DNA from: Eledone cirrhosa
Taxonomy: Eukaryota
Length of the DNA stretch: 64,000 nucleotides
Assembly (NCBI GenBank): GCA_964016885.1
Contig: OZ024740.1
Span: forward strand, 309,070,001-309,134,000
Direction of reading: 5' to 3'
Shown: piece after piece, positions 37,746-50,040 of the stretch
Layout: each line of letters opens with the position of its first letter
Numbering within the stretch: the first letter of the stretch is position 1
The notes under the pieces: generated by a model
Told to the model about the DNA's origin: nothing
The model's database searches: none
The model's input: only the letters and a program-made list of their open reading frames with translations
Position numbers and translations under genes: made by a program

Positions 37746-40187
37746 TTGGCAGAATTGTTAAAACGTGGGATAGAATGCTTTGTGGCATTCGTTCTGGCTC
37801 TCTGCTCTCGAATCCTGTGAAGGTTAACTTCGCCTTTCACCCTTACGGGGTCAATAAAATAAAGTACCAGTAATGCACTGGGATCAATTTAATTGACTTT
37901 CACTTTCCACCTTGTGCCTAAAGTAGAAACAATTTTTAATATTAATATGTTTTTTGAAAGCCTCTTTCTGTTATAATTCCATGTTGATAAAATGTATGTG
38001 TTACATCAGTTCAGTTATATGAAACCAATATTATTTGGTTTGTTTTACATTTTGTAGGTCTCTTCTCTCTTATTGTTAATCAAACATTTAACATACTACT
38101 TAATTTTTAACACCCTGTACTGCATGAAACCACATTAGCAAGACATTCTTGAAAAGGACAAAACAGCACTGTGACTGCATTACCTTTTGATACCAAACTG
38201 CCTGAAATTGCCCCTGTTTCTATGACACAAAACTTTATTTTAAAGTGCTTAGATTTATCTATAAAAATCTTTCATCATAATTTTATGTAAAACGTAATAT
38301 TAAATTATGTTCCAAATACCAGCTTAATAATGGGAAATATTGCTAAATCTCTCTAAATTCGTGATTATTTTCTAAATGAGTTGAACATTATAGGCAGTGT
38401 GTTTCATTAGAAATATGATGAAAGGGTTAAGGTCTTTATTAATACAAATACTGCAAATTTTCATACTGATCTGTCTGTTCATTAATAAAGACAGTATAAA
38501 CATTTGAATTAACAAATCTGTTTTAGATACTATCTGCTAAATCCTCACAGAGAGTTATATGTTAGTTTCTATTTAATACTTCAAGTTCTAGATATCTACT
38601 GACATAAACATAAAAATATGTTTCATCTTAATTTTAGTCCTCCTTCCTCACCTATATTCAAGCCATTACACATCACCCATGCATAACAATTAGTTTTATG
38701 TGAATGTGGTTATTATCCCAAACCTGCTGACCTATATAGTATAGCAGGAAGATCCTGTGTGTAATACCAATATAGACATTACTATTTACACTATTTGGTG
38801 GTGGTAGGACAACTGTTGATATAAAGTTTATCTGAAGAATTAACCATTTTGATACCACCCCTGGTTCTATTATACAAAGCCATATATTTTATAGTGCTTA
38901 TATATATTAGTAAAAAACCCCCAAAACTTCCATCATAATTTTATGTAAGAAATTATGTTAAGTTATGCTCAAAAAACCAAATTAATAATGAGAATGAGAA
39001 TTATATTGTGAACTCTCTCCAAGTTCTTGATTATTTTCAAAATTATTTGAAAATCATAGGCAGTGTCTTTTGTTAGCAATTTGGTAGCAAAATGTTGAGT
39101 TGAAGTAATGGTTATAACAATGACTTAGTCATCTTTGTGTTAGTATGAATTGACGAGAAACAAGTTTAGAGAACATCAATTCTAAAGAAAACTCTAGTAG
39201 GATGACTGGTCAGAAATTCTTCGTATGCTTTTATGGAATGTAGTAAGTATTAAAACCTCCCACTAAATTAAGAATACAGCTGTGAATTAGAGACAATATA
39301 GGCTGCTTATTTATACCAGAGAAAGCATAACTGGTATGATGGAAATAGATGACTGACTTCTCCATGAAGTGGTTTCATCTGTGGTAATGATGTCACAAGT
39401 ACATTATTGCTGTGAATGTTACTCTTACATTAACCTTGAAGTAGGTCTAATAACACATTGGGTTGTAGACACATCAACAAGATTGCATCTTCATGCATAT
39501 ACTTGGTCAAGCCAGCTTTCAAAGGCCTACATCTCTCCATGCTAGACACTCACACACACGCATGCACACACAGTCTTCAATTCAGTACTGTACGCCAACA
39601 AACCACTCAACATTTCAGTGATGCCACTGCTTTTAAGAGGACCTCTACATGGTTTCTCATTGTACTAGAAACAACAGCCAAATCATATACTACTGAATTA
39701 AAAAAAAGAATATATTGCATAAGCTAATTTGAGGTACACTATGGCATATAAAACGATTGAATGGTCATGCTGGAATTCTTTGCTTGTTTGTGGTTGACCT
39801 AGGGCTAAAGAACCATGACAACAGTGAGATTATTTAGTTTGTATCACTTTCTGTGAACAATGGCAACATTAGTTAAAGATTTCTAGCAGGTCAATTGCTA
39901 GTTCATCTATATTTGCAATGCAAGAGTGACAAGGAATTATCTGTGCAGCTTAGACAGAACAAATATTACCAGTTCAAAAGTGCCAGTTTGTTGTTTTTCT
40001 CACTGGTGTTTACACCTTTCATTAATGTATATTTACAGGGAAATTCGTATTTTCTGGCATGTTTACATGTCTATATATTAAAAACGTGTACTACAAAATC
40101 ACATTGAGCTTTAAAGTGTTATTTGCTTTTATATGGTTGTATTATCAACTCAGTTAAACTTGTTTATGTATATATATATATCTATAT

Positions 40188-41117
40188 ATCTATATATATA
40201 TAAAATTAAGTATGTGTGTGTCTGTGTATTACCTATAGGGGCCTACATCTTACAACCGATTTTCATGAAACTTTACAGGCTCATAGATTAGTCATCGGGG
40301 AGTGTTTTCTAAATATCAGCGTATCGTTTTTTTTATTCCGGGGGTCATTCTGCAGATAAAAATCGATAGAGGGGGGGGGGAATCACCTTTTTTTAGGTAT
40401 CCAAAAATAAAATGTTTGGCTCTAGCTCCCACATTTTGCCACCGATTTCATTCTAATTTTAAAGCAAAATAGAATTTATCATTGCACATCCTGTAATGGC
40501 TTTATATTTTGCATTTGTCGTTCAGGGATGGCGTGGCAGCCGCTTAAATATTCAAAAATACCACTTTTAGACTCAACATTTTTGGCTCTAGCTGCCACAT
40601 TAATCAACCTACTTTGTTCAAATTTTACACTACACTAGATCTGATTATTTCACGTCTTAAAGTGGCTTTAGATTTTGGATTTTTTTGTTCAGGAACGGAG
40701 TCGCAGCCGCTTAAATATTCGAAAATACCACCCTTTCGCTCAAATTTCCGCCTTCTCGGCTCAAGCTCCCACATTTTTCAACCGATTTCGTTCAAATTCG
40801 AAACTTCGGCTCCGCCTCACACATAAATCAATTTATTTGGTTCAACTTTTATACTACGATATAACCTATCATTGCACATCTTATAGTAGCTTTATACTTT
40901 GCGTTTTTTGTTCAGGGACGGCGTGGCAGCCGTTTAACTCTTCAAAATACGATTTTTTCCACCTCCCACATATTCCATACGATTTCACTCAACATTTCGC
41001 CATTTGCTACACCTTACGACCGATTTTCAAGAAACTCGCAGTCGCTAACATCAACACCGTTTCATCAAAGCAGATATTATTTGACCTACCCAGGCAACGC
41101 TGGGTACTGCTGCTAGT
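40188..41117 (+). mobile_element. non-autonomous Helentron/DINE-1-like element (HINE)
   Basis: Begins atctatatatataaaa..(gt)n..accgattttcatgaaacttt and ends cccaggcaacgctgggtactgctgctagt (terminal hairpin plus CTAG); internal ~165-220 bp subrepeats (gcagccg(c/t)ttaa); CpG-rich. Confidence 0.75.
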
Positions 41118-41288
41118 ACATACATATAACTAACAAATAGTTTTATCGATCTACATGGCTGAATACAAGAGATATCTGAGCTTTTTGAATGTTAATAATA
41201 ATATTTGATTCGTTTTCAATTATGCAAACAGCCTCTTTAAGCCATGTAAGTAAAATGACCATGTCATTCTTGCTCTTGTGTTGGCATA

Positions 41289-41353
41289 TAAACAGAACGG
41301 CAGACACTAATGTTTCTGGGTGATTACCCTTCATCAGTACCGTATACTGTTTA
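41289..41353 (-). ncRNA. minimal type I hammerhead ribozyme (Penelope-like element type)
   Basis: - strand: uaaacaguau-ACGGUA-CUGAUGA-a-GGGU-aauc-ACCC-a-GAAAC-a-uuag-u-GUC-UGCCGU-u-cuguuua. Complete catalytic core, 6-bp stem I plus a 7-bp extension, 4-bp stem II and a short stem III. Confidence 0.8.
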
Positions 41354-41420
41354 CCTGTCAACTGTCAGAGCTAGGGAAAATATATTTTCTGGAATATACA
41401 GTGACTGATCAGCCTGATTT

Positions 41421-41421
<1 letters not shown>

Positions 41422-41501
<80 letters not shown>

Positions 41502-41566
41502 TACATACATACATATATGTACATACACACACACACACACATTTATATATATATATATATATATAT
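41422..41566. repeat. (CA)n/(CATA)n/(TA)n compound microsatellite
   Basis: Direct reading. Confidence 0.95.
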
Positions 41567-41972
41567 GGTACGGCCAACTGGCCAGACTTGTCTCATGACG
41601 TGGGCGACTGGTCTAATCCATGCGAGCATGGAAAAATAGATGTTTAATGGTGATGATGATAATATATACATATATATCGATATGGGATTGATGGCTGAGA
41701 GAAAAGAGTACTCAGTACCAGAGTAGAGTTTTAATATTCATTTTATTAAGGCTAAATAGTGAGTTTTAATAAAATGAATATATATATATACATTGATATA
41801 GATTATATATATATATATATGAGATTGGCATTAGGAAGGGCATCCAGCTGTAAAAACCAAGCCCAAATTAGTTCTGTATAAGCAACCCATGGTCACCTGA
41901 CCTAGCATTGCCCACAATCGGACAACTCGTCTAACCCATGCTAGCATGGAAAAATGGACATAAAACTGATAA

Positions 41973-42013
<41 letters not shown>

Positions 42014-43156
42014 TGATCATCATAATTTTTATGATGTTTTTTCCTTGATAGTATGGGTTGGATGGGACTTATTGAGGCATTGTCTTAAGATCGAATGCTC
42101 ATCCAGACACTAACCCTCTTAATCACTTCTTATGACATGCAGTTATACAATGTACCTATTCTAAACTAAATACAAACGTATAAGTAAAAAACGAATGAGT
42201 TAACTATGACCCCTGCAAACCCCATTTTAAGAAAAACAAAAAACATTTTTTATTAACTAATTATTTTTTGTTGTGTACTGTAAATTTGCATCTATATATA
42301 ATAACCATTAGGTAACCTTCAACTCTTTATTATATTTTATACCCCCCCCCCCCCCCACCCTCACCATACATAGTTATATCACTGAAAGATATACACTGCC
42401 AATGATACAACACAAACTGCTGACCACTTAACTAGTTGTTGATTCAAACATTTGTACTTTCTACATTATCTGAATCCTTATCTAAGTCACAAGAGGTTAG
42501 TTTCAATGGCAAACCTGAATTCCTATTATTGGCAGGCTGAATACTAGAAGAACTGGAATGGTAAATATGTTATATGATTATAGACTAATTGTTGCTGATG
42601 CAGACTATATCCAGTTTCCTTGGATACTGGATGTTACTCTGTTATATCTATGGCTGATAAGAACAGCTTGTTTCTTCTTTTTTTGGTTTTATTTGTTTCT
42701 TTTTTTGTTCTTTGTTTTGTTCTCTGTGGATTGTTGTCAATCATATTTTTTTAAATATATATATTTTGTGTTGGTTGTCATCGAGATCTTCAATATCTTC
42801 GGCCCCTGGACTGCCATTTTCCCCTACAAAATCGGTAGGAGTGCACCTCACTTGAGAAAGGATCCATGTGAGGAGTAATGGCTGATACAGTGGGTGTTGC
42901 TGGCTGTTTTCTGTGGCAATGCTTTTGCTTTCTTGTCTGCAGAGTTCAGCTGAGATGTTTCCTGGATTATATTATTTAATGTATCCATTTTTATAACATT
43001 TGGATGTGATTTGAAGGTAATTTGGTTGCTATTTCCAGCTCAGTCTTTCCAAAAGTTTATATATGTATAATACTGTGATATTTTTAGCTATATGTTAACA
43101 TTTGTTGGATGCCTAATTTTTGTCATGTTATTTGGTAAAATATAATTTTAATTTAA

Positions 43157-43234
43157 ATTTTGTTTTTGTTTTTCAGGTAAGTGTTTCTGAAGAAACTATC
43201 TGAAATTTAAAATTTCAAGCCGTTAACTGTAAGT
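43157..43234 (+). promoter_or_regulatory. candidate recursive splice site (AG|GT ratchet point) with 52-nt cryptic RS-exon
   Basis: ttttgtttttgtttttcag|gtaagt with the junction at 43176/43177, and a second gtaagt at 43229-43234; not inside any repeat I recognise. Confidence 0.68.
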
Positions 43235-43376
43235 AGAAGAAAGAAGAATGTTGTATGTTATAGAGAATGTGTAAAGCTTTTGATATAAAAAAAATAATTA
43301 TAATAATAAAATCATTGTGTACAGTGCTCAGGTGCACCACAACTCATCAAAGGTGCATGTATAGTACATAGAATAA

Positions 43377-43551
43377 TTGTTTCTACTTTTGGCACAAGGC
43401 CAGCAATTACCCAGAACATTACTGGTACTTTATTTTATCGACCCTGTAAGGATGAAAGGCAAAGCTAACCTCGGCGGGATTTTAACTCAGTCCGTAAAGG
43501 GACGTAACTCTATGCTGGAAACATGGCGTCTGACCCTCTACCGATACTGCT
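43377..43551 (-). mobile_element. tRNA-derived SINE, short subfamily
   Basis: Same core and head as the other copies. Confidence 0.87.
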
Positions 43552-44970
43552 AATAATGTACAAATGTCAGGAAAGTGAACAGTGTATGAGTCATGATATA
43601 CACACAGATATATGCGTGCGTGTGTATGGAGGGGGACTATCAGGTGTAGTATTGGCAAATTTCAGGGGCTGCAAGGACAGTATTGTAATATGCTGGAATA
43701 ATAATTGAAAAGACATCAATTCAAACTCCTGGCTTTACATGCCCATGTCAACTGAATTGAAAACTCTGAAAACTTCATGGTTAAGTGCTTAGTGTTAGAA
43801 AATTCAAAGTGTTACTGTAATAATTCTAATTCAAACATCCAAATTTTAACTTTTTTGTTACCATATTTCTAATGAAAGACACTGCCTATGATTTTCAAAT
43901 AATTTTCAAATTAGTGAAGAATTTGAAGGGATTTTAGTAATAGCTAACTTCCTCATTATTAAGTTGATATTTGGGACTTGACTTAACAAAGATTCTCATA
44001 TAAAATTATGATGGAAGGTTTTTAGATAAATGTAAACAGTTTAGAATAAACAGATGTATATCACAAAACCAAATACAGTTTTAGGTGGTTTCATATTACC
44101 CATTTCAACATTAAAAAATGCATAGCTGTACCTGTAAAGTGATGTTTTCAATCTGGTCTAATAAAATGTATTTTACTGTTTTAAGAGAAAAGTGTCTTAC
44201 TGTGGTCTTGCTAAATTGTTGTTGTTGCTCATTTCTGCATAAGTTTTGCTGGCCTTCTATGGGTTTTTTAAGGATGGGAGCAGAGTAAGTTCTACCATGT
44301 CACCACTTTCTTCATAACAAGAGGCAGGATTTGAACTAAAAATGCACAGAACCAGAACAGATACAACAAAGTTTTTCATCTGACACTAACAATTCCATCA
44401 ATCCAATTGTTAGAGTGTCATGTTGTATACAGTATATTATGTAATTTTAAATGCATGTATATTTATGGTGAATGATGGTGCATCGCTTTGTGAGGTTGAG
44501 TTCAATTCCTGGACCAGGCGATGCATTATGTCCTTTAGCAAGACACTTTATTTCATGTTGCTCCAGTTCACTCAGCTATACCGAACCACATCTAGCCAAG
44601 CTTTGTAGCTGACACGATAAGAAGAAAACTCAGCTATAGAATTGAGTTGCTACATCACTGATGCCAAGTTGTATCAGTCTTTGCCTTTCTCTTGGATGAC
44701 ATCAGTGGTGTGGACAGGGGAGACTGGTATGCATGGACAACTGCTGGTCTTCATCAAAAATACCTTGAATGAGTTGTCTTGGAGAGGACCTTCTTATGTG
44801 AAAAACCTATGGCTGAATGGGGTCTTTACCTTTTTAATATTTATGATAATGTAAGGTGCATTTCTTTATACAAAACTTGTAATCCTTTGCAAAACTTAAA
44901 AATGTTTACATTCTTTTACAATTCTGTGACATGTAATCACTGATGTCACAGCCTCACACTTCATAATAAT

Positions 44971-45582
44971 TGTTTCTACTTTTGGCACAAGGCCTGCAAT
45001 TACCCAGTGCATTACTGGTACTTTATTTTATCGACCCCGTAAGGATGAAAGGCAAAGTAAACCTCGGCGGGATTTGAACTCAGAATGGCAAGGACCGTAA
45101 CTCTATGCGTCAAAGCATTCTTCATAATAATGATTGTTTCTACTTTTGACACACAAGGCCAGCAATGGGAAGGAAAGGGGAAAGTCAATTAAATCAATCC
45201 AAGTGCATTACTAGTACATTATTTTATCGACTCAGTAAGGATGAGATGCAAAGCTAATCTCAGAAGGATTTGAACTCAGAATATAAAGAGCTGTAAGCTG
45301 TAAAGCATGTTGTCCGATGCTCTGCCGATACTGCCAATCCACCACACTAGTCTTCATAATAATAGTTTCTTATATATGCACAAGGCCAACAATTTTGGGG
45401 GAGGGGAAAGTCGATTAAATCGACCCCAGTGCGTGACTGGTACTTTATTTTTATCGACCCCCGTTAGGATGAAAGGCAAAGTTAACCTCGGCGGGATTTG
45501 AAATCAGATCATAAAGGGCCGTAACTCTATGCTGCAAAGCATGGCGTCCAACCCTCTACCAATACTGCCAATCCACCGCTCT
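44971..45582 (-). mobile_element. three head-to-tail SINEs at one repeatedly used target
   Basis: cttcataataat recurs at 44959, 45120, 45352 and 45589; third copy has TSD actagtcttcataataata. Confidence 0.9.
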
Positions 45583-47552
45583 ACTAGTCTTCATAATAAT
45601 AATAAAAAAACTTTGCTCCATCATGCAGCAACAACGAAATTGAAACTGACAGGTGAATTTGAGATTGATGATGATGAAATTGACATTGATAATGACCAAT
45701 GGGGGAGGGAATTCAATTGACAAATCTATTGAAACGGAAATGAAATGAAATGAATGCAACTTCAACAATTTCATCATAGAAATGAAAGAACATAACAAGT
45801 GATTTGGCAGATTACAAAAATATTTTGTAATGCAAAATATTCAGAAAAAGTTCACATTCCTTATTTCCAGAGTTCATATGTATCCAAAATATTTAACAAG
45901 ATTGCCTGTTAAGCAGCCATCTACTTCATCTACTTCATGAGTGATGTGTCAAAAATGCTGTTCTTCAAATTTTCTCACAACGCACCATCTTTATTTTTAA
46001 ATTTGATTGCATTTGGTCTTTAACTTTCCATCAAGCCACACTATCTTTTTTCTTTAACTTTTAACATCGTTTAATGATATATAGTATCTTTACTTTACAT
46101 TGTGAAAATATTTTACTTTTAATGTGATGCAGCCATAGTGTTGTTTGTTACTTTTCAAAAATATTTTACTAATGTGGTTTGTTAATTCAAATGTTTATAG
46201 TATATTTGCTAGTGGACAGGTCATTGTGAAAATTTGCAGTAGACTGAAGTAAGAACTTCAATTTTTAATGGGATGCAGTCATATCTCTGCTTTATACTTA
46301 GTTTCATATTTTTTAAGAATGTCTTGTTAATCTGGTTTCATGCAGTACAGGATGTGAATAATTAATGCTATAAATAAATAAATATGCACATCTCTTCCTT
46401 TCTAGGTTTATAATTTTCTTTCAATTATCTTGATACCTTTGCAGTTCCAGTAATCATCTTTCAACAATCTAAATTATATATTATCTGCATTAACACTGAA
46501 ATAATTTTTTTTGTGCAGGAAAACCATTCCATCTCTTAATCTTTCATGGATTAAGAAATACAAGTATTATCATCACTATCATCATCATTACAATCATCAT
46601 CATCACTATCATCATCATTATCATAATCACCTTTTGGATGTTAAGCTTCCATCACAATTATCTAGCAATCTAGTTTTGATTCTCAATTGTAACTTCAGTT
46701 TCAATTTGCTTTGTTTCACAAATGCTTTTCGCACAATCATAAATGTCACAATTTTCTACTTTTTCTTTATGCCTATAGACATAAACATTTATAACTGTGC
46801 AAGAATTTATTGTCCTTATTGTTGTTGTTAGCAATATAAGCTTCAGAGTTCTGGTGAAAGTATTTCATATGCTATGATGGTTGACTTTGCTTTCATCCTT
46901 CCTAAGTCAATAAAATAAAGTACTGGTCAAAGACTAGTGTCAATATAACTGACTGCACCCTCATCAAAATTTGAATTCGGAAGGAAAAGTTAGAAATAAT
47001 AATAATGATCATAACACTGTAAGGTGGTTGTGTAGGTGTCGTGACAAAAAGGTCATGTATGAGTCATACTAAAAGCTCCCAGCACATACTGTAAATGTGG
47101 TTGGCATTAGGAAGGGTACCAGCTGTAGAAATCAAGGCAGAAACAGTCCTATATGAGCAAGACACGGCCGCTTGACCCAACTTGTCTCTAATGAGACAAC
47201 CCGTCTAACCCATGCTAGTGTGGAAAATGTATGTTAAATGATGTTGATGAATTATTATTTCTAGTTTTAGTACAGTGAATTTAATCAACCTTAGTAGATC
47301 ACTGGTATTAACTGCATCAACTTCAGAATAATGAAAATGTTGACTACAAAAAGATTTGAACTCAGACCATAAAAGGATGTAACTAAATATTACATTTATT
47401 CTGATACTCTACTATTGCTGCCACTCATTCAATAATAAAATAATTATCATTATTATTATCATTATTGACAGGCAGAAAAGGGCGGTGGGTTGGCAGAATC
47501 GGTAGAACATCGGACAAGATGCTAAGGCATTTGTTATAGATCTTTATATTCT

Positions 47553-48378
47553 ACTATCAGTGGTACTCGGCGTTGCACGGGGTAAGGTATTTTGGAACGC
47601 GGGCCGCCAACAGACCTAATCGTGGAAAAACTGCATGCCTGGACAATATGTAAAGAAAATAAACCGAATACTCTGATGTCTGAATAATCTTTAAGATTTT
47701 CCTCGATGAAGCAGGAAAAATGCAGGTTTTCACCTAATGCGGGCCCTAGGGGATCAAGAAAATGAATTTTTTTTATGTGCATAATATGCTTTGAAATTTC
47801 AGGAAAATCAGCTAGACGTAATGCCTCCAAAAAGCCCTAAAAAGCTTTAAAAATGCAGTTTTTCACCTAATGCGGGCCCTAGGAGATCAAAATGTTGAAT
47901 TTTTTTATGTGCATAACACTCCCTGAAACATAAGTAATACACATGTAAAGTTTGAAAAAAATCGGTTGGGTACTTCTCGAGTTTTAGGGATTCAAACTCA
48001 CAGACACACATACACAGACAGACATCCTCAGGGAAGTGACGTAATGCAGACAGACAGATTTTATAAGGGCGTGTTTTGGCCGCAGAGCGAATTGTAGGAA
48101 GTGACGTAATGCAGACAGCCAGACATACAGACAGATATATAAGGGCGCGACGTTATATGTATGTATCTATCTAAAAAGAGAAAGACTAAGAATTATAGAG
48201 AGAGATCGCTAAATCGCCTAATGCGGTCCCTAGGGCATTGAAAATTTGAAACATAATTCCTGAAACATAAGTATTACATGTGTAAAGTTTGAAAACAGTC
48301 GGTTGGGTGGTTCTCTAGTTTTAGGGATTCAAACTCACACACACACAGACAGACATCCTCAGTTTTATATATATAGAT
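47553..48378 (-). mobile_element. Helentron/DINE-1-like element nested in a SINE B box
   Basis: Left end actatcagtggtactcggcgttgcacggg is a reverse match to the 41090-41117 end; right end ttttatatatatagat. Host SINE head at 47480-47552 resumes as gttcaaattaccccgagg at 48379. Confidence 0.78.
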
Positions 48379-48539
48379 GTTCAAATTACCCCGAGGTAAA
48401 AATTGCCTTTCATCCCTCCCCCTAAAAAAATTGTTGGTCTTATTTTTAAATCAGAAATCATTATTATTATTATGAATTTGGTAACTAAGTCATTGATATT
48501 ATTTAACTGGAAAAATTATCCAAATGAACATCAAGTCAC

Positions 48540-50040
48540 TACCTGAAGCCTCAGATATTCAGGATGTATTGGAGGGTCCTTGCTGCTCCGAGTAGCCTTT
48601 TGAAGTGTTCCCCAAAAAGTGGATGAGCTAATGGTCTTTTGCCAGCCTTAGAAACTCTTCAAAACAGTACCTAGTGCTCCTATGATAATGGGGATGACCT
48701 TGATCTCATGACAGTCGTAAATCCTTTTTGGTTCCCACTTTAGATCATGGTACCTGTTAATTTTTTCCCTCTCCTTTTGCACTGTTGTGTCAAAGAAGCA
48801 AGCTACATCTATAATCAAGCAAGATCTTTTTCCTTGTCAAAAACCACCATGTCAGACCTATTGTGTTCTAATTCTTTACTACTACTACTCCTGCTGTTGC
48901 TGCTGCTTCTGCTGCTGCTACTACTACTATTTCTTGAACATTGGCAGATTTTCAAACAAATTTAATCCTTTAGTTACCAACCCAGCCAAAACCAGCTCTG
49001 GTTCTATGAAATAAAACCACCCATTTTATAGGTTTCCACTTTAAATCAAAATCTTCCAACATTATTTTATATAAGAACCTTACATTAAGTTACTATCTTA
49101 GTAATAAAATGATTAATAAGTTTAGTAAATCCCTCAAAATTCTTCATTAATTAATTAAAAATTAGAGTTACGGCCCTTGCTATTCTGAGTTCAAATCCCG
49201 CCAAGGTTAACTTTGCCTTTCATCCTTACGGGGTCGATAAAATAAAGTACCAGTGATGCACTGGGTAATTGCTGGCCTTGTGCCTAACGTAGAAACAATT
49301 AATTAATTAAAATAGAGTGCATTTCATTACAAATGAGGCCATGAAAGGATTAAGCTTTGGAGCAGGTCATAAGAAATGACCAGAGGTTCCAAAGATTCCA
49401 TCAAATTTAGGTCTCCAAGACTTTTTTCAAAATACTTGGTGTTCCTAACAAGGCTGTTTTTTGTAGTGTGTATGTTATTTGTATTTCAAGCTTCTCAAGC
49501 TTGAAATTTCCTTGTCTCTATTCTGAGTTCTCCAACTAGTACAGGCATTATTACTTCTTTTTTCATTTGCCATAATGTGGCAACATCCCATTTGAGATCT
49601 CCATTCTTGTCTATCTTTTCTCCCTTTTTTTTCATCCACTCTGCTATCACCAGGAACTTCAATCATCATCATTATCATCATCATCATCATCATCATCGTT
49701 TAACGTCCATTTTCCACGCTAGCATGGGTCTGGACGGGAATTGTCCCACTTGAGGCAAGATTGGTTGTCTTGCTCAGGACTGTCTGGCGGGTTTTCTACA
49801 GCTGGATGCCCTTCCTAACACCAACCACGTTTACAGTATCTATTATAATACAATATTAGGTTTTCTTGTTGACAATTATTATATCTGGCTTCCTTGCTTC
49901 AATCATATTGTCACATTATATCATAAAATGCCACAATATTTTCACCTCACTGTTATCAATGTCATTCTTTAGGGTATGTTCATACCATTTATTTGCTCTC
50001 TCAAGGCAAAGTTTCCAGTGAATGATGCATTGTTGTTACT
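48540..50040 (-). mobile_element. R4/Dong-like LINE fragments interleaved with MITE and SINE insertions
   Basis: RYHDLKW and EIKVIPIIIGALGTV at about 48650-48755; LQKTALLGTPSILKKV at about 49420-49470; IEVPGDSRVDEK at about 49630-49665. Confidence 0.65.
48962..49353. mobile_element. piggyBac-like MITE family A containing a 5'-truncated SINE (about 49169-49297)
   Basis: TTAA ends; SINE flanked by a duplication attaattaattaaaa(t)tagagt. Confidence 0.8.

Noticed and set aside
38040-38065. Other AG|GT juxtapositions (ttttgtag|gtctct here; tttcag|gttaag at about 17663)
   Set aside because: The donor halves are poor matches to GTRAGT, and the second lies in what looks like a dispersed repeat.
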